The translations under genes and the position numbers were made by a program. 64,000 nucleotides of DNA, taken from positions 14,790,974 to 14,854,973 of the forward strand of contig MU054187.1 of NCBI GenBank assembly GCA_013239625.1, in the 5' to 3' direction. This document shows, piece by piece, positions 23,871 through 36,965 of this stretch (position 1 is its first letter; every line of letters begins with the position of its first letter). Origin of the DNA: Lama guanicoe. Lineage: Eukaryota. The notes under the pieces are model-generated. The model made no database searches, had not been told where the DNA came from, and saw only the letters and a list, made by a program, of their open reading frames with translations.

Positions 23871-24595
23871 GAAAGAGGGGAATTGTATCTGCTCCTCCAA
23901 GGACTAGTGCAATATATAGAACACCTAAATAAGCATGAATTAGTATCTCTTCAAATTGGGCTGTTCCTGGAACTTTGTAACTAGGTGATAAATGACTTCT
24001 TTTTTCTCAGCACGGTTGTCAAGGCACTGAGCTCTTGCTGTCTTAAATGCCCCCACATCAGGCAAAGGAACCCCAGTAAGCCTTGAGGACCGCTTCATCG
24101 GTTCCAAGGCAGGGGTGCAGATGATGACTGGTGCAGAAGATGGAGTGACAGGAGGATTCAGGGGACAAGCTCAGGAGTGGCAGACTGTGAGCCTGCCAAG
24201 AAGCAGCACAGGGAGCGCCTTCCCTCACACTGCTAAAAATACTGCCGGGAAAGTAATTTCTCTGGTCCTATTTTAGAAATCAGAGACAGATCTACCATAT
24301 TCATGTTTGGATCCTGGTCAGGCTTCTGGTTTGAGTTTTAAATTTCAAGATTTTTTTTTTCCTGGGGAGAATTAAAACTGTAGTCTGAGAATTAAAATTT
24401 GAAAATCCCATTAAAGAAGATACATGTTGGGCATTATTTATGTTATTACTAGCGATTTTTAAGAAGGGCTTTGTTGCAAATAATCACGATGTCTTAGTGA
24501 CAAAACCCTTTCAGGTGTGACTTGCCCACATACTGTCAGTGATTATATAGATATATAATTTCTTTTACTTAAGATAGATTTATGAAAGGATATTT

Positions 24596-24692
24596 TCCTC
24601 TTTCTCTTCCTTTTCAATTTTCCCTTCTTGTTTTCCTTCCTTCCTCTTCTGAAAGCTTCCTTCCACCTCTTTCCTTCCTTCCTTCCTTTCTC
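24596..24692. repeat. Pyrimidine-rich (CCTT)n-like low-complexity tract
   Basis: ttccttccttcctcttc...ttccttccttccttcctttc. Confidence 0.8.
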
Positions 24693-24804
24693 GGTGACTG
24701 TATCACCAGGAGAGAAACCCTGACTGTCTCTGTGTAACAGTTAGTATATTCCTGATGGATTCAGTCTGTCTTTGCTTCAGTGTTTCACTGTGTCTTTTTT
24801 TTTT

Positions 24805-24960
24805 TTTCATTCCACTTTCTTTCACAAATATTTACTGAGTAGCTATTTGTGCAAAACACTGTGTTGGGCTGGGGAAAACACAAAGATGACAAAGAAGCAT
24901 GTGATTCTTCCCCTTAGATGATCCTACACTGTAGTGGGACAGACATTCAGTTTAAACCAA
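24805..24960 (-). mobile_element. L2 3' end
   Basis: cacaaatatttactgagtagctatttgtgcaaaacactgtgttgggctgggg. Confidence 0.6.
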
Positions 24961-25327
24961 AACAGCAAGGAAATGCACATGGGAGGGGGAGTACTGAGGG
25001 TGGAAGATCACTTTACCAAAAACCAACTTGCCAAAATTATTGTAGCAAATGACCAATATACTGAAAGGCCGATTCACTGAAAATCAATTTGCCATTGGCT
25101 GCGAGCTGTGGAGTATTGCTTGGCAGAAATAATTCACCCTAAGGTTCTGCAAGCACACCCTCGGTATTAGGAGAGGGGCCCCTTTTATGTTCAGGCCTAG
25201 GGATAGTCATGGCGGAGATGGCGGGGAGCACTTGGCCGTGGGAGCGCGTTCTGTGTACAGCGTTGCAGTGAGCGAAAGCTTGGTTTGCTTAAATAACAGA
25301 GACTTTGTTTTACTCTTACTCCTGGTC

Positions 25328-25660
25328 TATCAGTCATGGTTCCAGCAGGAAACAGATGGCAGCTGTGAACTTGGAAATGTGAAGATAGTCTAGAAAAGGG
25401 GCATTTTTCAAGGCCTGGGCAGGATTAGGGAGACCAACAAGTACTAGTGCAGTGCCTTGGGGGTAGCAAGAGCAGGGAGACTTGGCGCTAGAAGCTGGGA
25501 AGGGGCCAGGGAGGGCCAGCCAACTGGAGAAGGGGTCTATGGAGGTCAACGCTTGCCTCTCACCTCTCTCAGGTGTGTCTCATTGGCCAAATCCCACTGT
25601 GAACTGAGAAAGAGGATTTCCAAGCACAAAACAAAGGGGGGAGAGTGGATCTAGATGGCA
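25328..25660 (-). mobile_element. Old MaLR (MLT1-type) LTR fragment
   Basis: tcagtcatggttccagcaggaaacagatggc...tctcattggccaaatccca. Confidence 0.45.
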
Positions 25661-27227
25661 TTTGGCAGATCAGGTGACAATCCAACAACATGGCACCAAA
25701 TTATCATTTTGTTTGGTCGAGGACGAATGTGATTGTCATTGCAGACTTAAAGCTCAGTGCTCTTCCAGAAGGTCCTCAGCAGTACCAAATTTATTAATCA
25801 AGAGTTGAAATGCAAAGCAGGGTGTTTGATACAATTATTTTTAGCAAGAGAAATCCTCAGTAATTCTCTCTGTAGGTGGATGTGGCAAACAACCTTGGAG
25901 TAGATCTTTGTTCAGAAAAGAGTCATTTGAGTGAAACTGTCTAGTATGCTTAATGCAAGTTCTTTTTGAAGGGTGGAACAGAACCTTTTGTTTGGCTTAA
26001 CAAGGCAGCCTTGTCAGGGAAGCTCACGGAATCTGGTGGGCCAGTTTGCATTAGGCACTCTGGACTCACCACAGAGGCTCACAGGGAGAAGTCTGGAGCA
26101 CAATGCGTGGCTGAGGCTGGATGCCCACTGGCTTGATTCTGGCTCTGGAGAACTGTGCCTTAGCGTGTGAGTCTGAAGCAAGGGGGCTGGTTATAGAGCA
26201 GGGTTATAGGGGACCAGTTGAGTCACAGCATCTCTGCAGCGGCAAACTGTTGTGTCCACCGCACTGCACGGAGCCAGCGTTCAGCAGAGACACTGTGTGG
26301 CGGGCAGGAGCCTGGGACCAGTGGGGACCACACTTCTCGCTTTCTGCTTGGACTCACTCCCTTGGGATGAAGTAAATCCTTGGATTCTTGGGAATCTCAG
26401 TGAAGAGGGAAATCTTAGAGTTCCCGGGGGGTGGGAAGGGGGAGATGGGGCTCTGAGTAGTTAGAGTAATAAACAAGTGTGATTACATTTGTATCTTAAG
26501 TTGATCAAGCAGATTGTACTTGCTGCAGGAGAATATTTCAATGAACAGAGAGAGGTCTGTTCACTGCTGACTAGATGTTCCAAGTGTCTTTTTTAGGCAG
26601 AGGCAGGAGCAGTGGTTCAAGTGGGAGGAGGAAGGAATAATTTGCACTATTTATATTTTCTCCATATTCATGGTTTTTATCCCAGCACAGTCACAGCTTC
26701 AACATAAGAAGGTACAGAGATGAAGGCAAAGGCAAAATACCACTTCAGGGGTAATTTGTGGATATAAAAGGTGGCCAAATCAGTTTGGGACTTTTAAAGA
26801 AATTTCTTAAAGTGTTACTGTACTTCCTTCTAATCTCAGCCTTGTACAGCAACTTGAAGCCCCAGAAAGTTCTGAAGAAAGGGGTTAAGCCTGAGGTGTG
26901 TTTAAGGGAGAGTATTGCAGATGTAATTTATTTCTTCATCACTGTGAACTGGGTGGGGAGCAGTTTTCTTTCCCTCTAGTCACTGCCCCACCGTGCAGTC
27001 TCTGCTTCTGCCTGGTCCGGAACCCATAGAAACATCTTGGGCAGATTAGATGTCTTCCCAGTCATTTTCGGTTAGTTAAATTCAGGGCAGCCTAATCTAA
27101 TTTAAAGCTACATCTTATAGTCAATTTAAATCTCTGCCTGCCCCATCCAGGGTTTGGTTCAGGACTTGGAGAGGGGGAGGGGTGGGTCCTTTTCCATTCT
27201 TCCTCTGAATCCTGTACTTTGGAGGTA

Positions 27228-27248
27228 TGTGTGTGTGTGTGTGTGTGT
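27228..27248. repeat. (TG)n microsatellite
   Basis: About 10 perfect TG units. Confidence 0.9.
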
Positions 27249-28679
27249 ATGAGCCATGGGTCTGGTTCCAGTGCCTCCCCCTCTCCCTGCTCTGTTCTAG
27301 GGTCTACCTACTCCCTTGTATTGGAGAGGAGGAATGGAGTGATGGCTGGACTCAGCTTCCACAGCAGGTGGCTGCTGGTGGCTTCAGTCAACTAGGGTGG
27401 TGTGTGCCAAGGTCAAAGTTGCATCCCACCCTCCTCCAATGCTAGGGGGCCAGCTGTGTCTCTCTTTGGTCCCTGACAGTGGTCCACACTCATAAGCATA
27501 TTTACAGGTGGGACATCCCTTCATCCACATCCTTGGGCACATTCTGTGGCTTTTGCACTCTCTCTTCCTCTTTCTTTGAAGGCTGCAGGGATCTGGGATG
27601 GGGTGTAGGGCCCCTCTTCTTTTTTGCAGGCTCACTAACTCACTACAATTCCACGTCATCCTCTTGTAGGTAACACCTCCAAACCTCTCATCTCCAGAAG
27701 TCTCTGGATGAAAGCAGACTTTGTTAAGTTTGGGTGTGTTTTGAAATGCTAAAGACCTCAAGTGATGCTCTTCTCCAAATTTATGGTGCTCTATTTCCCT
27801 TTGACGGAAGCAGTAAGTGGTCCTGCTGATTGTTCAGGTCAGCTGATGCTCACCCAGAGAATGAAAAACCACTTTCCCCTTCTTGCAGGCACCCACGACT
27901 TTATGGGTGATTTCCCTGGATCCCCTTCCCTTGTCTCGGGGGTGAAGGGGCTTGGGAGGCACAGAGAGCAGCTTGAGATGAGGAGGACCTTTCCTCAGGA
28001 TTCAGAAATGTCGGGGCAAATTGGAAGGTGTCTGTCAGACTGAGGAGCTGAGCCTCTTTGGAAATACATCATCTGAGGGAGGAGAGAATCATTCAGGCCC
28101 AGGCTGTGGTCCACTGACTATGCCTCAGGTGCCAAAAAGAAGGGGAGGCTTCAAGTACAGCCGGGTTTCTACCCGTCAGTCTCCTCATTCAGCCCCCAAA
28201 GGACTTGTGCCTTAATTCCAGGGTGGGTGGGGGAGTGGGGAGATCAATTTAAATAACAAAAGAAGAGCTGTTTCTGCACAAACTCTCTTTGAAACATTGG
28301 GAGTACGAGGCAGCATTGTTTTGAGAGCCAGGCAACAGAGTAACAAAGCGGGAGAGGCATCTGCACCTGGGCACCACCAGTACCTGCAGAGTGACCTAGG
28401 GGTCGGAGCTGTGGCACTTTGGGGGATCCAGCACACCAGTGGGGCCTCCAGCTCTGAGGGTGGCCCCCAGTGCCACTGACTTCTTCCACAGTAGCAGGAG
28501 GAGCAGGGAGAGGAGGGGAAAACCTCACCAGTGTCGAGGAAGGGCATCGAAAGCTTTGGAAGCAATGGGAGATGGTGCCCTTGGCGCAGGCACCAATGAC
28601 TTTGCCCTCAGGTAGGGGCAGAAGTAGCATCCAGCGTCAGCTATGTCAGTGACCTGACCCAGTTCCATGGCTTTGGTCC

Positions 28680-29430
28680 GTAGAGGAGGAAAGCTCATTT
28701 CCCCTCTATCCTTCAGAGTGCTTAGCTGATACCCCTGTAATAAAAGAGAGATTAACCAGAGAAAACCAAATGGAAGTTTGTTGACATGGATACCTCCTGT
28801 ATATATAGCAGATACTCAGGGGAAGATGAGTAACTTGTGAGGTAGATTAGAATTCAGGATTCAACGCCATCTTTACATTTTTTTTTTAATTTTATGTTTT
28901 AGTTGTGATTTCTTCTTCCAAAGGGTTTCTTGAGAGGTAATTGACATACAACCCTGTCTGAGTTGAAGGGGGCAGCATGATGGTTGGACGTGCGCATACT
29001 GTGAAATGATGACCACAGAATCAGCACCATGTTAACAGGGGAAGGGGGCAGGGGTGTAGGCCTCTTCCGGGAGAGACAGTGATTTTTAGGAAAGATGAAA
29101 GGGCCCTGAAAAGAATAGATGGCAGGCATGACAGTTTGTGACAGAGTTTGCCTGGGTGTGGTGTCAATTTCTGGTCTCGTCCCCCGTGATAAAGATCAGT
29201 CTCCCCTGGTTGATGAAACTCCTGCGGAGGGGCTTTATGACACCTGAGTTTCTCTTAGAGGCTCTGTCTTTGGCACATAAAGGGAATTCAGAGAAAGCCT
29301 TTCTCTGCATCTGCTGGTTTTCAAGTGTCTACAGTCCAAAATAATCAGTATACGAGAGCACTGTATTTTGGGGTGGTGTGTCCTGATCTCCTCTGCTCAT
29401 GCTTTTGGTGGCATATTCTGCTGTCCTTTG
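28680..29430 (-). mobile_element. ERV1-class LTR (MER31/MER67/MER89-like) interrupted by a short L1 3' end
   Basis: aaaagagagattaaccagagaaaacc...gcatctgctggttttcaagtgtctacagtccaaaataatc...tattttggggtggtgtgtcctgatctcct. Confidence 0.6.
28878..29025 (-). mobile_element. Short L1 3' terminus nested in the LTR
   Basis: T tail, then ttgagaggtaattgacatacaac...catactgtgaaatgatgaccaca. Imperfect TSD gccatctttaca (28866-28877) / accatgttaaca (29026-29037). Confidence 0.7.
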
Positions 29431-30057
29431 GGTCCATCCCATCAGCACTGATGCCTGGCCAGCGGGTGTCCACTCTCTTGGCTGAGTGGGACACACACCT
29501 CAAAAGCGGAGGGGTCATGTTGCCTGAGCAGGGGAAGGGGAAACGGCTGTGAGTTGTTCTTGAAAACTCCAAGACACAGAAATAACTACAGGGAAGAAGA
29601 GCTTTGCAGGAAACTGGAGTTCCCGGTTTTTCTTGACTGGGGTTAAGGGGGTCTCATCTACAGAGAACGATGATTAACAGTGGAGTTACCTGTGCGTGTG
29701 AAGAGAGTAGGTATTTATGTACACATCATATGTCTGCGCTTATGATTTATCAGGAGAAGAGGAGAGAAGAGAAGATAGATAAGGATTTTTTGAAAGGAGA
29801 AGTCCTGGAGATTTGTCACCAATAAATATCCCAATGGGCAATAAAGGAATGGGGTGACAACTCTTGGTAGAAATTTGACGTCTAAGACACTTCCTGAGGT
29901 TATGACGCAGATGAAACCGTGAGCAATGTGCCAGTGAAGCTTGTTTCCTTAAGGCAGGAACTCCATAAGCAGACCTTGTTCACCTGGCTTTGTGCGTTGG
30001 CTTGGCAAACGTTAACAACCAAACCAAAGCAACAAATCCAGAATTCACAGCTTCTCT

Positions 30058-30495
30058 CTTTTTTTTCAATTGAAGTATAGTTGATCTGTAATGTGTTAGT
30101 TTCAGGTGTACAGCACAGTGATTCAGCTACACATGTATTTATCTGTTCTTTTTTGTAATAGGTTATTATAAGCTATTGAATATAGTTCCCTGTGCTATAC
30201 AGTGGGACCTTGTTTTTTTTCTGTTTTTCATGTAGTAGTGTATATCTGCAAATCCCAAACTCCCAATTTATCCCTCCCCCTCCCTTTTTCCCTTTGGACA
30301 CCGTAAGTTTGTTTTATATGTCTCTGAGTCTTTTTCTGTTTTGTAAATAAATTCATTTGTGTTATTTTTTAGATTCCACATATAAGTGATATCATATGAT
30401 ATTTGTCTTTCTTTGACTTACTTCGTATGATAATCTCTAGGTCTATCTGTGTTGCTGCAAATGGCATTATTTCATTCTTTTTTATTGCTGAGTAG
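30058..30495 (-). mobile_element. 5'-truncated L1 3'UTR
   Basis: ttgaagtatagttgat...gattccacatataagtgatatcata...gttgctgcaaatggcattatttcattc. TSD tcca(g)aattca(c/t)agctt(c/t)tct at ~30037-30057 and 30496-30515. Confidence 0.9.
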
Positions 30496-30912
30496 TCCAA
30501 ATTCATAGCTTTTCTTAATTGCTATAGAAATACCGCCTATTGGAGTTCTTAGCCTGGAGTTTCTTTGGGCCCACAGTGATCCAACTCAGTGGGAAAAAAT
30601 AGGATTGATCTGCATGAAAAAAAAAAAGAGGTTTTATAGATGCTTGTAAATACTGTTGTACAGTATCTGAGGAGTTTGGGAGAAATACTGTGAGGCCAGT
30701 GAGGAGGAAGAAGGCACTAACCCGGGAAATGAAAAACATGCACATTTCAAGTAGCTTAGAAGGCTGTGGGAGGAGCAATAGACACTTAGAGATGATGGAG
30801 ACTCCCATCCCACTTACATTTTCTCTAGAAATATGGGAAAACATGGTAGATATTTGTAAAATAAAGATTAAACAGGAATAAGTGAAATAAGAAAGAAACA
30901 CTCGTTTCCTGC

Positions 30913-31361
30913 TGTTGATTGAAAAAGATAAAAAAAAATAACCTCAAAGTTGAGAATTATGTTTTATTCAGTGGACATACTGAGGACTTAAGCCTGGAAG
31001 ACAGCCTCTCAGAGAGCCCTGAGGGACTGTTCCAAAGGGGTAAGGGAGGAGCCAGGATACATAGGAGTTTCTGCAACATAAACCAGGTAGTTGGAACATT
31101 GAAATGTTACTGTTAGTTAAAGAAAGCCAGACATCTCAGGTTAAGGAATTCAGTGCTTTTCTCTGTATGGGAAGATGCAAGCGTCTAGGCTCATTGAAAC
31201 TATTCCTTTCGTGTGCACCTTAGCTGTCTAGGGCCAGTATCCTGTTCTTTCCCATCCGGATTCCCTCAGGGTGCACAGTCAGGGAGGCTGCAGTGGCTGA
31301 TGGCTTGATGGCCACAACATCCTTTGTTTACTGACATGGCAGGTGACTTTCTTCATCTACA
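30913..31361 (-). mobile_element. ERV1-class solo LTR (MER41-like, artiodactyl type), copy 1
   Basis: TG...CA ends; ttttatt (AATAAA on minus) near the left end; clearly homologous to the copy at 33520-34026. Confidence 0.75.
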
Positions 31362-33519
31362 GCATTGTGCTGAAAACACACGGGAATTGTCCATTAGTCT
31401 GGGCTGAGAGAATGATAGGGAAAAAGCAGGTTTGAAGATTAATTTCAAATTTGAGGTTCCTCTAAGTCAACAAAAATAATCAAAGGGTGCTCAAAAGCAA
31501 ACTAGAAGCATACTTAGGAGATCAAATTTGGATTAAGGAAAAGATATTTGATTAAAAATGTTTTCTTTATCTTTCCCTGGTTGTGAGGGTCTTAGAAATA
31601 TATTAGAAAAATGCAGCACTAACATCTGTTCACTGTACCCTTGAAGTCATTTTTCTGCTTGTCTCAATACAGTATCTGCTCTTCTGCAGGTCAAAATATC
31701 TTTGATGTTAACTCATACTCTGATATCTCTAGCCATCTGGCTTTTCTAGACTCAATAAAATTGTAATGAAACATAAAGGATGAGAAGTAGTGGTCTCTGG
31801 AGATAGTCAAAATTGTCTTATTTGGGTGAAAGTTTGAGACATAAAATGCTGAAAATATTTAAGTTTCCAAATGAACAGGCACCCATCCCTGCATATTGCA
31901 AGTTAAACCTGGAACATTTGCTTTCTTCTGGCCAGAAAAAGATCCACGAATGACTATTTATAGATGTAATAGTCTGGTGTGACGGCCATCTACCACGAGA
32001 TACTCATTCTCCAGCAAGAATGTTCAAGGCGTCCAGTTGCTTCCCAAAATTAGAAAGGTTCTTTGAATTTAAAATGAGGGCTACTTACGAAGGAGTCATA
32101 AAATCTATAAAAAGCTATCATTCATGTATCTTAATCAACAAACCAGGAAGCCACAGCCACAGCCTGAGTTCTAAACTTGGAAGCCCTGAGGGTTTGCAGT
32201 GTGACTGGCCAGGCTGCCTTTTCAGCATCCCACCATTTCTCTCTGAAATAACTGTACTCAGAGGATCATCCAGCTCCGAGGAACATCCAGAACCCAGAGG
32301 TGATGAGACAAAGAAGTGTTCTAATTATCAGTGAGCCTAATTCTGACATATCAAAAAGGGACCATGAATGTTTAACCACACGAAAGAATTTGCAGACGTC
32401 TGTCCTTTAGGAGCTAAGCATCCCAGCAGCGGATTGTCTGGTCCTACAGTTTCACTGTGCTGCCTGTTTTTTTGTCTGTTTCCCTCAGTGCAGTTTAGAA
32501 CATGGCCTTCACCTGAGGCACATTTCTTTCTCCTGGCGATGGCTTTCAGGAACCTTTCCCCCTAGTCCGTCTCTGACCGTGACCCCCACTGACTTCACTC
32601 TCTTGCCTCTCTCCGTGGCTCTTCTTCCTCCTCCCCACAGCCCCCAGGTGAGTGATCCTACGGGGAAAAGGATCCTCTAGTTATTTGTGTCGGGCTCCCT
32701 CCCCATCAGCCCTCACTGACCGCCCCATCATTCTGGATCAGCTGGTCCTTCCTGGGGTCTCCCTGGAGCCACGCAGCTTTGCCAATCTCTCAGGGAGCCT
32801 CATCTTGGTAGTGACACTGGTCTAGACCCCTTTTGGTGCAGTTGAAAAAAGTGCAGTAATTCAGAGGACGTTTTTACTTTAAAAATGATAGGAAAAGGTT
32901 TTAAGAAATCACTGAGTTTCTACATTCTGGATTTTCATCCCGACTTAACCACAGAATTGCTTGGTTGGCAGAATTTCTGGGCACTTCTTCCTGGATCCTT
33001 TTCCTTTGTCCATCCCGGCCTGGGGTGGATGCTAGTCTTTGATATCTGACTTTTTAGCCCTTATGGATTCCAGGTGACCCTGCGGCTGGGTCCAGAGATT
33101 TAACTATTCTTGATTTTGTTTTTTTGTTTGTTTCATCCCTCAGCTTGATTTTGGTCTGTGTTTCTCAAGAGCTCTATGAATTTTCTTATTCAAAACAAAA
33201 CAAACACAACAACTCAACACTTTTCTTGATTACCTACTTTAACCCAGGCGCTGTGCTGCATGGCGTAGGGCATACAAAGAAAAGCAAGATAATTGCTAGA
33301 GTAGCTCACAGCTTAGTGAGAAAGAGGGACAAAACCCCACATAGTTGCAAAGGAGTGGGGCAAAAGCTTTGGAAGACATTTGACTCTTTTTTTTTTGGAT
33401 ACCCAACATCCAGACCTCCTCCCTATTCTTGAGAATCTGCCAAAGATGCATCTTCATGCTAGACAGGGCCTTCCTTCACCTCATATAAATCATATGAATT
33501 CTTTCATGTCCCCTAGAAT

Positions 33520-34026
33520 AAAGATACTGAAAAAAAAAGGTACGACCTACAAGTTGAGAGGTGTGTTTTATTCAGCAGACTTTCCGAGGGCTCGAGCCCA
33601 GGAGGCGGCCTCTCAGATCGCTCTAAGAGGCTGCTCGGAAGAGGCAAGGGAGGAGCCGGGATATATAGGAGTTTTTGCAACAAAGACCAGGCAGTTGGAA
33701 CATCAGAGATTACGTTAATTAAAGAAAATCAGATATCTCAAGTTAAGGAATTTAGTGCTTTTCTATGTTTGGGGAGGTGCCAAAGTCTGGGCTCATTGAA
33801 ATCATTCCTTTGATATGTACCTTAGCTGTCTAGGGCCAGTATCTTGTTCTTTCCCATCCTGAGTTCCTTCTGGGTGCACCGTTGGGGGTGGCTGCAGAGC
33901 CTGGGCTGCCTGCTTGTCTCCATCCTGAGTTCCCTCTCTCCTTTCGGGGCGGCAGTAAGGGCTGATGACCTGATGGCTGCAGCGTCCTTTGTTTACTGAT
34001 ATAGCTGGCAATATTTTTCATTCACA
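33520..34026 (-). mobile_element. ERV1-class solo LTR (MER41-like), copy 2
   Basis: Shares blocks with copy 1: gttaaggaatt(c/t)agtgcttttct, ggctcattgaaa, ccttagctgtctagggccagtatc, tcctttgtttactga. Ends ...cattcaca. Confidence 0.75.
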
Positions 34027-34464
34027 TGACCGTGCTCAGCCAATCCAATGCTCCTGCCTAGAATTTTGAATTCTAATGGAAAGAGATAAAGACACAGAGA
34101 CTATTGAGAAATGTTTTTCAAGTGGTTACCTTGGCGTGGAATCCAGAAACTGCATTTGGTTTTAGCCTATTTACCAATGTCCTCTAGCGTGGCAGGCACC
34201 AAGTATTTTCTAATATTTATTTATTTTTGTGTTAAGTCATCCAGAGTTTTGTTTCTTCGTGGGTTTTTTTTTTGCGTTGTTTTGTTTTGTTTTCATTTTT
34301 CCTTGAAATCAATTGATAGAGAAACTAGTAGTGAGGAGTGCAATGCAGACATCAGATGGTCAGAGAGATGGGAAGAACTCATGTTGCGGAGCTAGGATGA
34401 TGTCCCAGGGCAGTTTGGCTCAAGACTCTCTGCTATAGTCCATCGCTTGGAGGCCAGCTATGCC

Positions 34465-34800
34465 CAGAGGTGGATTTGCCCTGAAGCTATTGAAGCTTAA
34501 CCCTCAAGGACCCTCTTCTGCATGCCCCCACCCTGCCCCCAGGCCCTGGGAGGGCCGGAGGGATGTGCTCACATGGTCATATGTTGTAAAATTTGAGAAA
34601 GAAACTGCAGTTTGTTACGACTGCTGTCTTTTTACTCTTGACTTCTGGATCTCACGTCCCCAGCTGTCAGGTGACTTCGGAGGGGCTGTGTGCATTTTTG
34701 AGATCCGGCTAAGGGAAAGCAGAGCTGGGGATTCATGCAGGTAAGTTTACTGGGACATGTTTCTGTGGTTTACAGATGCTCTGCTGACTACCTGGTATAG
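34465..34800 (+). mobile_element. hAT-Tip100 DNA transposon fossil (Arthur1-like)
   Basis: cagaggtggatttgccctgaagctattgaagcttaa...ggccctgggagg...tgtgctcacatggtcatatgttgtaaaatttg resembles the Arthur1 5' end as I recall it. Confidence 0.55.
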
Positions 34801-36449
34801 TGACACTGACACCACTGTCCTGGTTGTAAGCCTTAGGGCCAGATGCTCTGTACCTGTGAACGTGCACTGCGGACCCCAAAACAGGAAGCATAGAGGTGTG
34901 CGCTGTAGAGGTGTGCGGTCAGGCCACTCTGGGTGGCTGTTCTCCTGCTCTCTGTACAAACCCTGTTGGACCAGTGCCTGCTTCCCCTACACCCTCCTCA
35001 CAGGCTCTTCCTATGTACTTGCCCCCGGTCCCAGCTAGTGACTGCTGTCAAAAGGGCGGTGAGGGGCGTGCCCCTTCTGCTGGTTTTCCTGGTAACAGTG
35101 AGCCAGCCTGAAGTAATTCCCCGCTTAAGTGGCAACGTCCTCTTCCCCCAGGGAGCGAAGACTGCTGCTGTCCTGCCTGCCTTCTACCGCCCATGGTAGG
35201 GAGTCACCCCAGGACCTTACTTCAGACATGGAAGCCCCTCCATCTGTTAAACCTCTGAGGTCTCTGTCACTGACTCTGGGGCTCTTTCTTCGGTCCTGAA
35301 GGTGAGTGGGGACAGGCCTCCTGGGCCTGTGGGGTGCAGCCCAGCAAGAGGGAAACAAAGTTTAAGGTGGGGCCAGAGCTCCACAGGGAGCCAGGAGCTA
35401 GTCTGTGGAAAATTCTTCAATCACCAGATGCATATAATTAGAAGTGGGCACTTCAGTTTTCATAGATGTTTGGTCAAAAATGAAAGTTCACTTTTGTTCA
35501 GGCATATATTTGATGATACAACAGATAGAATTATAAACGCACCACTTACCTTTTTCTTTTTGAAGAAAAGAAACAATAAATAGGTTATCAGAATTCCCAT
35601 GCCTTTAGGGCAAGACTTGAGAAGTGTGTGTGAAGACATTATGTTTAACGCAGGATCCTCTGCCTGAGACAAGCAAGTGGAGAAGGTTGATTTACCAGCC
35701 TTCATCCCGCATCCTCATTTGGTCGAGGGTTGCCGCACAGGTGGTCCCTTCCTCAAAGTTTTAGGGTTTGGTGTGAGGCAGAGAAGTCCAGCCAGAGCGC
35801 CCAACCGGTATTCCACATACTGGCCCACAAACTTCAAAGATTATACAAGATTAATCTCTGTGATACAGGAAAAATGGGTGAGAGGATGGCTGTGTCCTAC
35901 ATCTCGGTCAAGTCCCTGTCATGTGCCCCACCAAGTGAGGGTCCTTGGCTCCAGGCAGGAAAGAATTCAAGAGTGAGTCATAGTAGAGGGCTCCGGCTGA
36001 ACTAGTTATGTTTAACTGGAAAATTTGTCAGAAAAATAACCACACTCACCTATGAAGCACCTCCTTTCTTATATTTTATGGGGATTAAAATTTCATCTTT
36101 TGAAATTAGTAGAGTACATCATTTGTAAAGGGCCCATTTCTACAGTGTAAGGGAAGTATCTTTTGGCTGCAGTGTGAAAAGAATTAAATACATGTGGTTC
36201 AGTTAACAAGTGTGTTTTTAGATGCTTAATAATATGTTTCATTTTTTCAAGGCATTTCTTAAATAGAGATATAACTGACATGCATCTGTCATCACTGGAA
36301 ACCTCTTACAGTCCAGCTCCTTTCTGAATTGCTCCTGTCAGCAATGAGAGGAGCCCTGTGGGTTCAGGGGCCCTTTTGGGAGGGTTAGTGTGATGAACTC
36401 TATGTAGATTTAACTTTTTCTATAATAGGATAGTCTGTATGATGTAGAT

Positions 36450-36665
36450 CTGGAATTGGCACAGTTTTTCTACGAAGGGCTAGATCGTAAATATTTTAGG
36501 CTTTTTGGGCCACCTTATGGTCTCTGTTTCTCCCCTTTCCCCCCACTTCCACATACACCCCACCTTTTTCCAATTAAAAATGTACAAATCTTTCTTAGCA
36601 ACAAGATCATACAAGAATAGTCTGCAGAGTGAATTCGACCAATGGGTCATTGTTTACGACCCCTG
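36450..36665. mobile_element. MER58-like hAT-Charlie MITE
   Basis: ttggcacagtttttctacgaagggctagatcgtaaatattttaggcttt...gggtcattgtttacgacccctg, with degenerate TIRs. Confidence 0.7.
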
Positions 36666-36679
36666 GTATAGATTATTAC

Positions 36680-36960
36680 ATTTAGTGAGGGTAGGTTGGG
36701 CTGTGCTGCAGTAACAACTCAAACTCGAAAATCTCAGTAGCTTAACACATTTAATATTTATTTCACCCTTACCCGGGGCAGCTGACCCTCCTCCATTTTA
36801 TATCATCAGCCGTCCTCAGAGTTCCTTCAGAACAGGGCTGGCACTGGGATGAGGCAGGTAAGGTCCCTGGGGGACAGATGTTAAGAGGCCGTCACTCTCA
36901 CGTTCGTATGGGTCTGTCTTGGAAGGAAAAAGGAGAGCAGGGGGAATCCCATGAAAAAAT
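36680..36960 (-). mobile_element. MLT1-type LTR fragment (remainder probably at ~38175-38270)
   Basis: gggtaggttgggctgtgctgcagtaacaac...aaatctcagtagcttaacaca...tttatttc; later caactgcaagggaagctggaaatgtg. Confidence 0.55.
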
Positions 36961-36965
36961 TTTTA

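Noticed and set aside
26540..26565. Hairpin tgaacaga-N6-tctgttca, and palindrome cagatgcatctg near 6511-6522
   Set aside because: The stems are too short to exceed chance in 64 kb and are not pre-miRNA length.
34735..34747. Perfect donor cag|gtaagt as a recursive splice site
   Set aside because: It has no upstream polypyrimidine tract and lies inside a DNA-transposon fossil.
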